A stretch of DNA of 64,000 nucleotides from an uncultured Isosphaeraceae bacterium (GTDB lineage Bacteria > Planctomycetota > Planctomycetia > Isosphaerales > Isosphaeraceae). The stretch is taken from NCBI GenBank assembly GCA_963832405.1, contig CAWHUG010000001.1, positions 375,021-439,020 of the forward strand, given 5' to 3'. The notes under the pieces were generated by a model. That model was not told the DNA's origin and ran no database searches. It worked only from the letters and a program-made list of their open reading frames with translations. Within the stretch, counting starts at the first letter, position 1. Every line of letters starts with the position of its first letter. Positions 32,983-43,590 of the stretch are shown here, in pieces. Position numbers and translations under genes: made by a program.

Positions 32983-34782
32983 ACCCACGAATCCTCTCTC
33001 GCATCCTCTCGGGCCTGGCTCTCGTCGTGGTGGTCTCCCTGGTCGGCTACCTGGTCCTCTGGCAGTGGACGATCTGCCGCTTCGAGGTGCCGGCCGGCAA
33101 GAGCCTGCTGCTCCGGTACAAGGGGCCGTTCCCGTTCGCCCTCCGGAAATGGGAACAGGCCCAGGAAGGCACCCTCGTCGAGCTCGACGCCGCCGGCCGC
33201 CCGACCAAGGTCGGCATCCTCGAGGACATGCCCGGACCGGGCCGCCATTTCTACTCGCCGCTGGAATATGTCCGCGAGCTCGTCGAGGACAACGTCATCG
33301 AACCCGGCAAGCTCGGCATCGTGACCTCGAAGGTCGGCAAGCCGCTGCCTGCCGGACAGATCCTGGCGGACGAAGCAGGGTATCGCGGCACCTGCGGCGG
33401 GTGCTGACCCCGGGCCGCTACCGGATCAACAGCTACGGCTACGAGGTCGAGGTCGTGGACGTGACCGCCTGCGTCGGCTCGGCTGTCGGCGTCCAGCCGC
33501 GTGAGGGCGACCCGACCTTGATCCCGCCCGGCTACGTGGGCGTGGTGACCAACAAGGCAGACAACCCGGCCGCCGACGAGAAGCAGGGCATCCAGGAGAA
33601 CGTCCTCCCGCCCGGCATCTACTTCCTGAACCCCGAGGAGAAGCGGGTCGACATCGTCAGCATCGGCTTCAACGAGACCACGCTGAGCGTCGAGACCGAG
33701 GGCGGCAAGACCGAGGGCGGCAAGACCGAGGGCCGCAAGTCCTCTCCCGGCTGTTGAACCGGATGATGGGTTACAACGAGACGCCGCCGAGTGTCGAGTC
33801 CGACGGGAGCAAGGCCGGTCGCGGGTCGCGTGCCGCGGACACGCAGGTCGCGTTGACCACCGAGGCGGACCCCATTTACCTCCCCGGCAAGGGGATCGAG
33901 TTCCCCTCCAGCGACGGCTTCCCGATCCACCTGGACTACACGGCCATCTGGGGCATCCTCCCCGACCAGGCCCCCGACGTCGTCCGCCAGTTCGGCACGC
34001 TCAAGGACGTCGAGCAGAAGGTCATCCTGCCCCAGATCGGCTCGATCTGCCGGCTGCACGGCTCGAAGCGGGGCGCGGTGGACCTGCTGGTGGGCGACAC
34101 CCGCGAGGAGTTCCAGACCGACACCGCCGCGGAGCTGGAACGGGTGCTGGAGTCGAAGAACCTGACCCTCCTCTTCGGCCTGACCCGGCACATCTACGTG
34201 CCCGCCCAGGTCCGCGAGCCGATCCAGAAGGCAAACATCGCCGACGAGCTGACCAAGACCGCCGACCAGGAGCAGCTCACCGCCAAGGCGCAGGCCGACC
34301 TGACCGAGGCCAAGGCCAAGGTCACGCTCGAAGAGCGCAAGACCCAGGCCGAGACCGCCAAGCTGGTCGCCGAGGCCGTGGCCGAGGGCGAGAAGAAAGC
34401 CAAGGAGATCGAGGCGAAGACCGAGAAGCTCATGGCCGAGATCGACGCCAAGACCGCCGCCATCGAGGCGCAAATCACGACCACGATGGGCGAGGCCGAG
34501 GCCAAGAAGACCGAACTGACCAACCAGGCCGAAGCCGATCGCTATCGCCAGTACGTCGAGATCCTGGGCGGCCCCGAGGCCTACAACCGCTACGTCTTCG
34601 CCGAGGGTCTTCCCGACGACCTTCGCCTGGGCGTCTTCTACGCCGGCCCCGGTACCTTCTGGACCGACTTGAAGGGCATGGAGCAGACCTTGCTCGGCAA
34701 GCTGAACAACGAATCCTCCCAGGCGAAACCCACCGCCGCCGCAAGCCGCCCTCGAATCACGCCGCCCGCGCCGAAGCGTTGA
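32979..34782 (+). CDS. SPFH (band-7/flotillin-like) membrane protein, paralogue 2; 2 frameshifts (about 33400 and about 33750)
   Basis: Same architecture as the upstream paralogue (N-terminal TM 'LALVVVVSLVGYLVLW', SPFH blocks, long coiled-coil 'EAKAKVTLEERKTQAETAKLVAEAVAEGEKKAKEIEAK'). Confidence 0.75.
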
Positions 34783-34800
34783 CAAAGCCCCGGCGTTTGA

Positions 34801-34990
34801 TTCCGGATTCCAGATGCCAGATTCCAGATTCCAGATGACTGATAGCGGACGACTGATGGCGGACGCCCAATGCCAGACGTGCTTGTCATCCTCGGAATCG
34901 AGGACCCAGCATCCGGCATCAGTCATCCGGCATCAGTCGTCCGCTATCAGTCATCTGGAATCTGGAATCTGGCATCTGGAATCCGGCATC
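34801..34990. repeat. Family B composite palindromic element
   Basis: TTCCAGATGCCAGATTCCAGATTCCAGATGACTGATAGCGGACGACTGATGGCGGACG mirrored by ...CATCAGTCGTCCGCTATCAGTCATCTGGAATCTGGAATCTGGCATCTGGAATCC. Confidence 0.75.
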
Positions 34991-34998
34991 CTCTTTCC

Positions 34999-35865
34999 CT
35001 ACGCGGACAGCCCCGCGATCGGCCGGACGCCGGCCACGAGCGTCTCGATGGTGATCGGTCCGGCGGCCGGGAACAGGCAGCCGGTCGGGTTGGGATCGGT
35101 CCCATCGAGGATGAGCTGGCGATGGTTGGCTTGCTGGAAGCCCTGTTCGCAGGGCTGATGGCCGCAGACGAACAGGTCGGCGTCGATCATCGCGGCGAAG
35201 CGATCGGCCGTCTCGGGGCTGGTGTCGCGGCCCCAGGTCAGTGCGTAAATCGTCCCGCCCCGATGAAGCGACTCGGGCGGCCAGACGCCGGAGCGGACGA
35301 TCTCGAGATCGAGCCGGTCGAGCTCGTGCCCGTTCGGCAGCGTGTGGCAAACCAGCACGCGGTTGCAGGTGCGCACCCCCAGCGGCAGCGCGGCGAAGAG
35401 GTCCCGGTACGCGTTCAGGATCGCTTCCGCCCCCGTGCCGTAGGATTTTTCGACGCCCTGGCGGAACAGCACGTTGAGATGGACGCCCTTCTTGCCGATC
35501 GAGCGTCCGGTCAGCTCCGACAGTTCGTGATTTCCCAGGATCAGATGCACGCGCGTGGGATACTGGCACTTCAACGCGCAGACCAGATCCACGAGCCGGT
35601 GGGATTGGTCGAGGCCCGAGTCCGGGTCGATGCGCGGATCGTGGACCAGCTCTTGAAAGACAAGATGCCGGTGCGTCTGGCGATCGAGCGCGGCCAGCTT
35701 CAAAGCCTGGGCGAAGATGTGGACATGGCCGTGCAGGTCGCCGATGACCAGCACGTCCGCATCCTCGTCCTCCACGTGGACGAGAGACCCTGTCCGGCCT
35801 GGTGTGGTCCGGAACAATTCGGTCGCGCGCCGGACTGTCGCCAGGATTTTTGAGGGGTCGGGCAT
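34999..35865 (-). CDS. Metallophosphoesterase of the PPP family (Ser/Thr phosphatase / diadenosine tetraphosphatase-like)
   Basis: 'GDLHGH' and 'GNHE' metal-binding blocks. Confidence 0.8.
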   Translation of the reverse strand: MPDPSKILATVRRATELFRTTPGRTGSLVHVEDEDADVLVIGDLHGHVHIFAQALKLAALDRQTHRHLVFQELVHDPRIDPDSGLDQSHRLVDLVCALKCQYPTRVHLILGNHELSELTGRSIGKKGVHLNVLFRQGVEKSYGTGAEAILNAYRDLFAALPLGVRTCNRVLVCHTLPNGHELDRLDLEIVRSGVWPPESLHRGGTIYALTWGRDTSPETADRFAAMIDADLFVCGHQPCEQGFQQANHRQLILDGTDPNPTGCLFPAAGPITIETLVAGVRPIAGLSA

Positions 35866-35877
35866 AGGACGGTATTT

Positions 35878-35939
35878 GTAGGGTGGGCTCGGCCCACCTT
35901 GCACTGGCTTTGTGGATTGGTGGGCCAAGCCCACCCTAC
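35878..35939. repeat. Family C palindromic element
   Basis: GTAGGGTGGGCTCGGCCCACC...GGTGGGCCAAGCCCACCCTAC. Confidence 0.8.
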
Positions 35940-35957
35940 AACAGGGCGAGACCTTTT

Positions 35958-37859
35958 TCAGGTATTCAATTCTAGAGCTTCCTCCCAGTGCTCGTACAGG
36001 CTGGCGAGACCGGCCTGGAGCTGATCGTAACGCTCGCGGGTCGAACGGGCGCGATCGGCATCGCGCCAGGTATCGGGGAGGGCGAGGGCGGCTTCGAGCG
36101 CGGCGATCTCGGTCTCGGTCGTGGCGATCTCGCGCTCGATGTCGGTCGGCTTGCGATACGGGAACTTGCGCTTGCGTTTGTTGCTGGCAGCCGTGGCGGT
36201 CGCGGCCAGCGCCGTGGGGGCGGCCGACCGCGTGGCCGCCGCGGCGGCCGCGTCCTGTTCGAGCTTGGCCAGCCGTTGGTAGGTTTCGTAATCCCCCTCG
36301 ATGACCCGGGCGCGGCCGTCGGCAATGGCGATGATCCGGTCGGCCACCTGGTTCAGGAAGTAGCGGTCGTGGCTGACGACCAGCACCGTGCCTTCGAACT
36401 CGCGGATCGAGCGTTCGAGCGAGGCGCACGACCAGAGGTCGAGGTGGTTGGTCGGCTCGTCCATGACCAGGACGTTTGCGCACGTGGCCGCCAGCCGGGC
36501 CAGCGCCGCCTTGCCGGTCTCGCCGCCGGAGAGCTGCCCGACGGTCTGGAACGCCCGATCGCCGGTCAGTCCGAACCGCGCCAGCAGGTCGCGGGTATCC
36601 TGATCGATCCAGGTGGGATCGTCTTCCGGACGGATCGCGCGGAGCAGGGGGGTATCGGGGGGAAGCGTTTCGAGTCCCTGGTCGTAGTAGCCGATCTGGA
36701 CCTTGTGCCCGATCCGGACCTCGCCCCGGTCGGGCTTGAGCCGGCCGATGAGGATCTTCACCAGCGTCGTCTTGCCGGAGCCGTTGGGCCCGAGGATGCC
36801 GACACACTGCCCGCGCTCGACGGCCAGGCTGAAATCCTCAAAGAGCGGCTGGTCATACGCCTTGGCGACCTTGCGCGCCTCGACGACGACATCGCCGGTG
36901 CGGTCCACCTCGCCGAAGCCCATCGGCGGGCCGACGATCTCGTGCATCGTCTCGACCTGCTCGATACGTTCCAGCTTCTTCTCGCGGTCCTTGGCCTGCT
37001 TGGCACGCTGGCCGGCGGCGTACTTGGCGATGTATTCCTGCAAGTCGGCGATCTGCTCGGCCTGCCGCTCGGCCTGCCGTTCGAGGACCTTGGCCCGTTC
37101 CTCGCGCAGCTTCCAGTATTGCGAGTAATTGCCGGGGTAGGGGGTCAGTTGCCCCCGGTGCAACTCCCAGATGCGGGAGACAACCGCGTCCAGGAAATAA
37201 CGATCGTGGCTGACCACGACCATGGCGACCGGCTGGCGCGACAGGTAGCTTTCGAGCCACTCGGTCGTCTCGATGTCGAGATGGTTCGAGGGCTCGTCCA
37301 GAAGCATCAGGTCGGGGCTTTCGAGCAGGAGCTTGGCGAGCATCAGCCGCGATTGCTGGCCTCCCGAAAAGGTGCACGCGGGGCGCGGAAAATCGGCCGT
37401 GCCGAAGCCGAGACCGGACAGGATCTCCTCGACGCGGTGGTCGATCGTGTAGGCGTCCTGGTGCTCGATCTGGTCCTGGATGGCCGTGTACCGGCGCATG
37501 GCGCGGAGGCGGTCGGTCTCGTCGTCGGCTTCGGACAGCTCGCGGGCGGCCTCTTCGAGCTCGCGCTGAAGATCGACGAGCGAGGCCAGGCCGGACCGGG
37601 CCACGTCGAGCAGCGTCTCGTCGGGACCGAACTCGGGATGCTGTCGCAAGAGGCTGACGCGAATCCCCGGGCGGACGTAGATCTGGCCGTATTCGGGCCG
37701 ATCCTGACCGGCCAGCAACCGCAGCAGGGTTGTCTTGCCCGCGCCGTTGGTCCCGACCAGACCGATGCGATCACCGGCGCGGACCTCGAACGCAAGCCCC
37801 GTGAAAATGGGATCGCCGGCATACTGGCGGCCGAGGTCGTGGGCGGAAAGGAGGATCAT
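35958..37859 (-). CDS. ABC-F family ATPase (two ABC cassettes, no TMD; EttA/Uup/YheS-like)
   Basis: Two Walker A 'GxNGAGKTT' sites, two 'LSGG' signatures, an inter-domain linker and a C-terminal coiled-coil. Confidence 0.9.
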   Translation of the reverse strand: MILLSAHDLGRQYAGDPIFTGLAFEVRAGDRIGLVGTNGAGKTTLLRLLAGQDRPEYGQIYVRPGIRVSLLRQHPEFGPDETLLDVARSGLASLVDLQRELEEAARELSEADDETDRLRAMRRYTAIQDQIEHQDAYTIDHRVEEILSGLGFGTADFPRPACTFSGGQQSRLMLAKLLLESPDLMLLDEPSNHLDIETTEWLESYLSRQPVAMVVVSHDRYFLDAVVSRIWELHRGQLTPYPGNYSQYWKLREERAKVLERQAERQAEQIADLQEYIAKYAAGQRAKQAKDREKKLERIEQVETMHEIVGPPMGFGEVDRTGDVVVEARKVAKAYDQPLFEDFSLAVERGQCVGILGPNGSGKTTLVKILIGRLKPDRGEVRIGHKVQIGYYDQGLETLPPDTPLLRAIRPEDDPTWIDQDTRDLLARFGLTGDRAFQTVGQLSGGETGKAALARLAATCANVLVMDEPTNHLDLWSCASLERSIREFEGTVLVVSHDRYFLNQVADRIIAIADGRARVIEGDYETYQRLAKLEQDAAAAAATRSAAPTALAATATAASNKRKRKFPYRKPTDIEREIATTETEIAALEAALALPDTWRDADRARSTRERYDQLQAGLASLYEHWEEALELNT

Positions 37860-37865
37860 CGGGAC

Positions 37866-38171
37866 TCAACGATTTGGAATCAAGATTTCCGGACGCACCA
37901 CGTACGGTTCCAGCCGCCGCCAGAGCGGTTCCCAGTCGGAGACGTCATCAGGGGTAAGACGGTCGATGTACGAGGCCCGTTCGATCTGCCAGTAATAAAC
38001 AAGTCGCTCTCGCGAGAAGTCTGCAAGCAGGGCGGGGAGGTTATGGAGGTGATCGGCCTCGACCGCGCATGGCTCGGCCCGACCTTCCCAACCCAGGGCG
38101 CGGATCCGGAGCAGACCACGTTCGAGAAGCGCCACCAAAATATCGGCTATCTCCGCGGGGCAGCGCATCAT
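37866..38171 (-). CDS. Hypothetical 101-aa protein, translationally coupled to the upstream ParB-like ORF (stop, 1 nt, then ATGATG)
   Basis: Open frame with start overlap geometry. I recognise no family. Confidence 0.45.
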   Translation of the reverse strand: MMRCPAEIADILVALLERGLLRIRALGWEGRAEPCAVEADHLHNLPALLADFSRERLVYYWQIERASYIDRLTPDDVSDWEPLWRRLEPYVVRPEILIPNR

Positions 38172-38172
38172 A

Positions 38173-38484
38173 TCACCTCACGGGCAAATCCATGATGGAT
38201 CGGGCTTTCGGTTTGGCCGGCAGTGCCGAGACCACGACAATCACGGTCTGGCCCTCCTCCGCAGCGGCTCGGACAGCATGATGACCATCGACGATGACCC
38301 CATCGGGAGTCACTTGAATCGGTGTCCAACGAGTCTGTCCCGACCGGAGCAAAGCCCGCTGAGCCTCCAATCGCAGACGAATCAAGTCATCACGAGCCGG
38401 CCGGAGCCGGGTCGGATCGACGTCCAACTGAGTTTGTCCAGGCGTGGAGACGATCGGATTGACCCAGGGATCGGACCCGCTCAT
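38173..38484 (-). CDS. Small ParB/Srx-fold (ParB-like nuclease domain) protein
   Basis: 'PIQVTPDGVIVDGHHAVRAAAEEGQTVIVVV' matches the 'DGHHR..AA...G' core of PF02195-type domains. The start is uncertain because of a 95-nt overlap with the convergent-frame 3' end of the upstream membrane-protein ORF. Confidence 0.5.
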   Translation of the reverse strand: MSGSDPWVNPIVSTPGQTQLDVDPTRLRPARDDLIRLRLEAQRALLRSGQTRWTPIQVTPDGVIVDGHHAVRAAAEEGQTVIVVVSALPAKPKARSIMDLPVR

Positions 38485-39976
38485 TCCCTCCTGACTCCAG
38501 GCCGATGAACTCGCCTCCCCGTTCTTCTCGCGGTTGGATTGTATCAAATGCCCGCCGGTTCGTCGGGACAGGTTTCTTCGGGAGCACTCCCATCCGCACG
38601 AAGATCCGCCGCAATCGGAAATTCGGCCCCTCGGCCAGACACCGCGAGAGCTCCGAGTCCCGCCAGTCCCACAACCGTTCGTGGTGCCAGTCGATACTCG
38701 TCGGCTTCGAACACCAGGTGCTCGGGAAACACGCCGCGCCGATCGCTTGCACCCCGACCGACCAGGCGATTGCCAGGACGAACGGCACCAGTGCGAGCCG
38801 CCCGCGCCGGAATGCCCCGTCAAGACCGAACGCGAGCGGAACCGCCAGGATGGGTATGGCCTCGGTCCAGTAGCGCGGGCCGAAGCAATAGCCGCCCCAC
38901 CAGACCGAATACTTCGACAGGATCAACCCGAACGGCACCATCGCCGCCAGGAACCAGACCACCACATGCCCGCGCGGTAGCCGACGGAGCATCCCGGGAA
39001 TGCACAAGACGGCCAGCAGCGTCCAGGGCGAGAAGACGAACAGGCCCCGAGAGGGACTCCACAGCGTCCCCGCGGCCCCCTCCCAGAGATTCCCCGTCCA
39101 GGTCCCGGCCGTCGCGTGCAGCTTCGGGTGCAGAGATTCCAGCACCGCCATGCCCCCCAGCGGCGAGCCGAAGACATGCAGATTGAACGCGATCGGCAGG
39201 CCGACGATCGGCACCATCGGCAGCCCGAACGCCGCCAGCCGGCGCGGATGGTTCCACGCGACCCAGCCCAGGGCGGCCAGCGCGAACACCACGTCCATCG
39301 CGCGCGACGCCACCAGCAAACCCGCCGCGCCTCCCGCCAGCATCGCGCGCCAGCGCGGCAGTTCGCGGGGTGAGAGGAGGACGCTCGTCAAGGCGATGGC
39401 GAGTGCCGCCGGCCCGTGTTGCCAGGGCGCCTGGCTGGCGGTGGTCCACAGGCTCGATCCCAGGCACGCCGCCAGCGTCGCGGACCAGGCTGCGCATCGA
39501 CCGACCCCCAGAGACACCAGCAGTTGCAGCAGCAGGACGCCGATCAACGCCGTCAGCATCGCCACGCTGTTCTTGGCCAGGAACGCCAGATCGCTGAGCG
39601 CCGAACGCGACTGTTCCCAGCCGGGTTTCCACAGGTCCATCAGTCCAACCTGGGGCGCGTGCAGCGGGGTCAAAAGCACGCCGGGCGCCAGCGGATAGAG
39701 GGGGACAATGTGCCCGTGCCAGCGGGTGAAGTCGCCTTCGAGAAGGCCCTGGTCGTCCGTGATCAGACGCTCGAACCGGTCCAGGTAGACGCCGTCGCCG
39801 TGGAGCAGCGCCACGGGCACCAGGGTGGCCGCCGTGGTATCGCCGGAGCCGAGCGTATTCAGGTTGGCTGCGTAGACCAGCCACAGCAGAACCGCAAACC
39901 GCGCCGAGACGCGGCCACTGATCGGGCGGTCGGCCGCCGGCCCCGGGCTCGATGACTCCTTCATCGATCGTCGCAC
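38390..39976 (-). CDS. Polytopic integral membrane protein (at least 10 TM), possibly a GT-C/DUF2029-like glycosyltransferase
   Basis: Hydrophobicity pattern only. The C-terminal 60 residues look non-native and may hide a frameshift. Confidence 0.6.
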   Translation of the reverse strand: MRRSMKESSSPGPAADRPISGRVSARFAVLLWLVYAANLNTLGSGDTTAATLVPVALLHGDGVYLDRFERLITDDQGLLEGDFTRWHGHIVPLYPLAPGVLLTPLHAPQVGLMDLWKPGWEQSRSALSDLAFLAKNSVAMLTALIGVLLLQLLVSLGVGRCAAWSATLAACLGSSLWTTASQAPWQHGPAALAIALTSVLLSPRELPRWRAMLAGGAAGLLVASRAMDVVFALAALGWVAWNHPRRLAAFGLPMVPIVGLPIAFNLHVFGSPLGGMAVLESLHPKLHATAGTWTGNLWEGAAGTLWSPSRGLFVFSPWTLLAVLCIPGMLRRLPRGHVVVWFLAAMVPFGLILSKYSVWWGGYCFGPRYWTEAIPILAVPLAFGLDGAFRRGRLALVPFVLAIAWSVGVQAIGAACFPSTWCSKPTSIDWHHERLWDWRDSELSRCLAEGPNFRLRRIFVRMGVLPKKPVPTNRRAFDTIQPREERGGEFIGLESGGNERVRSLGQSDRLHAWTNSVGRRSDPAPAGS

Positions 39977-40004
39977 TCCTGGTCAAGGAATCTGGACGGT
40001 TGGG

Positions 40005-41345
40005 TCAGGACTCGGCGTCTTCTCCCAGGGTGCGCTTGGAACGGAGCATGTGATGGTAATGCTGGGCGAAGCGGTGCGCCTCGTCGCGGACGTACTGAAG
40101 CAGCCGCAGCGCGAACGACCGGCGGCCCAGCACGATCGGCTCGGCGCGGTCCGGCAGATAGATCTCCTCGTTCTGCTTGGCCAGTCCGAGGATCACCGGC
40201 GGGGTTTCCCCCAGCGCCGTGAAGGCTTCGAGCGCCGCGTTGAGCTGGCCCCGGCCGCCGTCGATCAGCAGGATGTCGGGATGCGGCTCGTCGCGCTCGC
40301 GCAAACCCTGAATGCGGCGCGAGACCACCTCGCGGATCGACGCGAAATCATCCACCCCGGCCACGCTCCGGATCTTGTAACGCCGATAGGCCGGCTTGAA
40401 CGGCAGACCGTCCAGGAACGTGACCAGCGCGCCGACGGTCTCGGTGCCTCCCAGGTGGGCAATGTCGATGCCGTGGATCGTCCGCGGCAGCGATTCCAGG
40501 TGCAAGACCTTCTGCAAACCCTTGAGGCCCTTGCGCGGATCGACGTAAAACACTTCGGGCTGGGCGTGTTTGGCCAGATCGCCGCGGAGGTTCAACGTCT
40601 TGAGCGCCTGAATTTCATCTCGCAGCCGGGCCGCCTTCTCGAACTGGAGCGCCTTGGACGCCTCCTTCATCTCGGCTTCGAGCTCGGCCAGCACCTGGTC
40701 TTTCTGGCCGTCCAGGAACAGCCGCAGGCGGCGGATGTCGCGGCGGTACGCCTCGCGGTCGATCCGGAAATTACAGGGGGCCGTACACTGGTCGATCGCG
40801 TGCAGCAGGCAGGGCCGGAACCAGCGCCAGCGGGGGTTGTCCTCCTCGATGTCGAGCGAACAGGTGCGGAACTTGAAGATCTTTTGCAGCACCTGAATGG
40901 CCCCGCGCAGGCTCTTGGCGCGTGGGAAGGGGCCGTAGAGCTTCACGCCCCTTTCGAGCGGCTCGCGGGTGAAGTTGACGCGGGGGAAATCTTCGCCCGT
41001 CGTGATCTGGAGATAGGGGAACGACTTATCATCCTTGAGGTCGGCATTGTGTCTGGGCTGGATGTCCTTGATCAGCCGCGCTTCCATCAAGAGCGCATCG
41101 ACCTCGCTGTCGGCCGCGAGGTAGTCCACATCGACGACCTCGCCGATCCAGTCCTTGATGCGTTCGTCTTCCGCGGCCGTCTTGTGGAAGTACGATCCGG
41201 CCCGCGCGCGCAGATTCTTGGCCTTGCCGATGTAAACGACCCGGCCCTGGGCATCCTTCATGAGATAGACGCCCGGGCCGGTCGGAAACTGGCGGATCTT
41301 GGCGGCGGGGCCGAGCGCGGCAGTCGAATCGGCGGCGTCGGCCAT
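40005..41345 (-). CDS. uvrC: UvrC-like excinuclease subunit, short form lacking the C-terminal (HhH)2 domain
   Basis: GIY-YIG 'GVYLMKDAQGRVVYIGKAKNLRAR', UvrC homology region and RNase H-like 'DEAHRFA'. The protein stops about 55 aa early relative to E. coli UvrC. Confidence 0.8.
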   Translation of the reverse strand: MADAADSTAALGPAAKIRQFPTGPGVYLMKDAQGRVVYIGKAKNLRARAGSYFHKTAAEDERIKDWIGEVVDVDYLAADSEVDALLMEARLIKDIQPRHNADLKDDKSFPYLQITTGEDFPRVNFTREPLERGVKLYGPFPRAKSLRGAIQVLQKIFKFRTCSLDIEEDNPRWRWFRPCLLHAIDQCTAPCNFRIDREAYRRDIRRLRLFLDGQKDQVLAELEAEMKEASKALQFEKAARLRDEIQALKTLNLRGDLAKHAQPEVFYVDPRKGLKGLQKVLHLESLPRTIHGIDIAHLGGTETVGALVTFLDGLPFKPAYRRYKIRSVAGVDDFASIREVVSRRIQGLRERDEPHPDILLIDGGRGQLNAALEAFTALGETPPVILGLAKQNEEIYLPDRAEPIVLGRRSFALRLLQYVRDEAHRFAQHYHHMLRSKRTLGEDAES

Positions 41346-41396
41346 GCGTCCCTCGCTTCCCTCCCCCGGGCCGGGCCGAGGCGAGGACGGCCGTCC

Positions 41397-43248
41397 CTAC
41401 CCCTCCGACTTGATCAGGGCATCCTTGACGTATTTTTCGATGTCGCGGGCCATGGCGTCAAGCCGCTGCTCGGTCTGCCGTTTGATCTCAGGCAGCCGGG
41501 CGACGTCGTGGATGCCGTCGGTGGCGGTCCGCGCGAACAGGTAGAACTTGATCTTCGGCTCGGTCCCGGAAGGCCGGACGGCGAAGCGCGTGCCGGGGGC
41601 GGACAACGCGAAGATGAGCAAGTCGCCGTCGGGTTCGGGCAAGAGGCTCGGTCTTGCCTTGCGCGGCCACGGGGCGGATCTCGTGCAGCTTGTAGTCGTG
41701 GACTCTCAGCACGTCGAGGCCGCCGACGTGCATCGGCGGCAGCTCGCGGAAGTCGGCCATGAGCTGCTGGATCTGCTCGGCTCCCTTGCGGCCCTCCAGA
41801 CCCAGGTTGATCAGCTTCTCGTCGTAGTGGCCGACGTCGATGTACAGATCGTCCAGGAACTCGAGCACGGTCTGTTTTCGGTCCTTGACGGTGGCGGCCA
41901 GCTCGGCGAAGAGCAGCGCGGCGACGGCGGCGTCCTTGTCGCGGGCGTAATTGCCTTTCAGGTAGCCGTGCGACTCCTCGAAGCCGAACACAAAGCCGGC
42001 CGCGCCCGCCTGGTCGATCCGCTCGGCGATCCACTTGAAGCCGACGAGCAGGTTGTCCTCGACCCGCACGCCCTCGCGCTGGGCGATGGCCCCGGGCATC
42101 TGGCTGGTGACCAGGGTGGTGACGATGTAATGGTCGTGGCGGAGCCGGCCGGCGGCCTCGGTCTGCTTGAGGATGAAGGCCGTGAGCAAGCCGCCGATCT
42201 GATTGCCGGAAAGCGTGGTCCAGTCCCCCTTGGGATCACCCGAGACGGGCACGGCCACGCCGATGCGGTCGGCGTCCGGATCGCTGGCGATGACCAGGTC
42301 CGCGCCGGTGGTCTTGGCCTCGGCGATGGCCGCCTCCAGCGTCCGGGGGATCTCGGGGTTCGAGACGTGGCCGGGGACGTTGGGGAAGTCGCCGTCGGGG
42401 GTGCGCTGGGAGGCCAGCACGTTGACGTCCGGGAAACCGGCCCGTTTCAAGGCGGCGGCGACCGAGGTTTCCCCCACCCCGTGCAAGGGCGTGTAGACGA
42501 TCTTCAGCCCGCGCGCGTGGCTGACCGACTCGGCCACGACGGCGTTCAGGTAGACATCATCCAGCTCGGCACCGACGAGCTGGATCGAGCCGTCCGACCG
42601 GCCCTGGGCGAAGTCCTTCTCGGGGATCTCCCGGTCGGAGGCCGCCTCGACACAGGCGATGATGCCCGCGTCGTCGGGCGGGACGACCTGACCGCCGCTG
42701 GCCGCATAACACTTGAAGCCGTTATCCGCCGGGGGGTTATGCGAGGCGGTGATCATGATGCCCGCGTCGCACTTCAGGTGGCGCACGGCCGTCGAGAGCA
42801 GGGGGGTGGAGCGGGCCTCGGGAAACAGATAAACCTGAAACCCGGCCGCCGCCAGCACTTGCGCGCAGAGCTCGGCGAACGCCTGCGAATTGTGCCGGGT
42901 ATCACGGGCGATGACGCACGACCGGGGCGCATCGGCCCCTTTCCGGGCCGTGATGTAGTCGGCCAGCCCGCGGGCACTCTCGGCGATCGTCCGGCTGTTC
43001 AGGACGTTCGTCCCGACCGGGTACATGCGGCCCCGCCGGCCCCCCGTACCAAAGGGCAACACGGTATAAAACGCATCGTCGAGCTCTTTCCAGCGACCGG
43101 CCGCGATGTCCGCGGTCAAGCGTGCGCGGTACGCCGCAAAGGGCGCCTCGGTCAACCAGCGACGGATCCCGGCCGCGGCCGAAGCCGACAACGAACCGCC
43201 CGCCTCGGCCGCTCCGACGTGCTCCAGGGTCGCCTCCAGCGTATCCAT
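41397..43248 (-). CDS. Phosphoglucomutase/phosphomannomutase family protein; one frameshift near 41640
   Basis: 'GIMITASHNPPADNGFK' (active Ser), 'DPDADR' and 'GFEESHG'. The C-terminus is in ORF 41397-41642. Confidence 0.85.
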
Positions 43249-43419
43249 GAACCGTGATTCTCCGGGATGCGTGCGGGCTGGACAATCGAGCCCCTCAAAT
43301 TATCGCCAAGCTCGCGGAACCCGCAAGTCCAGGCCGCGCGCTGCGCGCTCGGCGCGAACCTGCGACCGGCCCGGGAATAGCACCGTAACCCCTTGTAAGG
43401 AATCACGTTTAGCCGCGAT

Positions 43420-43590
43420 CGTGCATGGCTCTGATGTCGCCATGGGATGATGTCCTGTCGCCATGGGATGATGTCCGGTGGTCGGGAAAGACCGGTTGTA
43501 ACACGGGACACCTGGTTTCCGGGACAAAGTCAAGGGGCGATTGGGTTCGTTCGGCGCCCGGGAATTGGGTTCGCTCGGCGCAGCCATGGG
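43420..43590. repeat. Second, inverted copy of the 11925-12062 dispersed repeat, including a 21-bp direct tandem (TGTCGCCATGGGATGATGTCC x2)
   Basis: See 11925-12062. The tandem at 43432-43473 was read directly. Confidence 0.6.
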
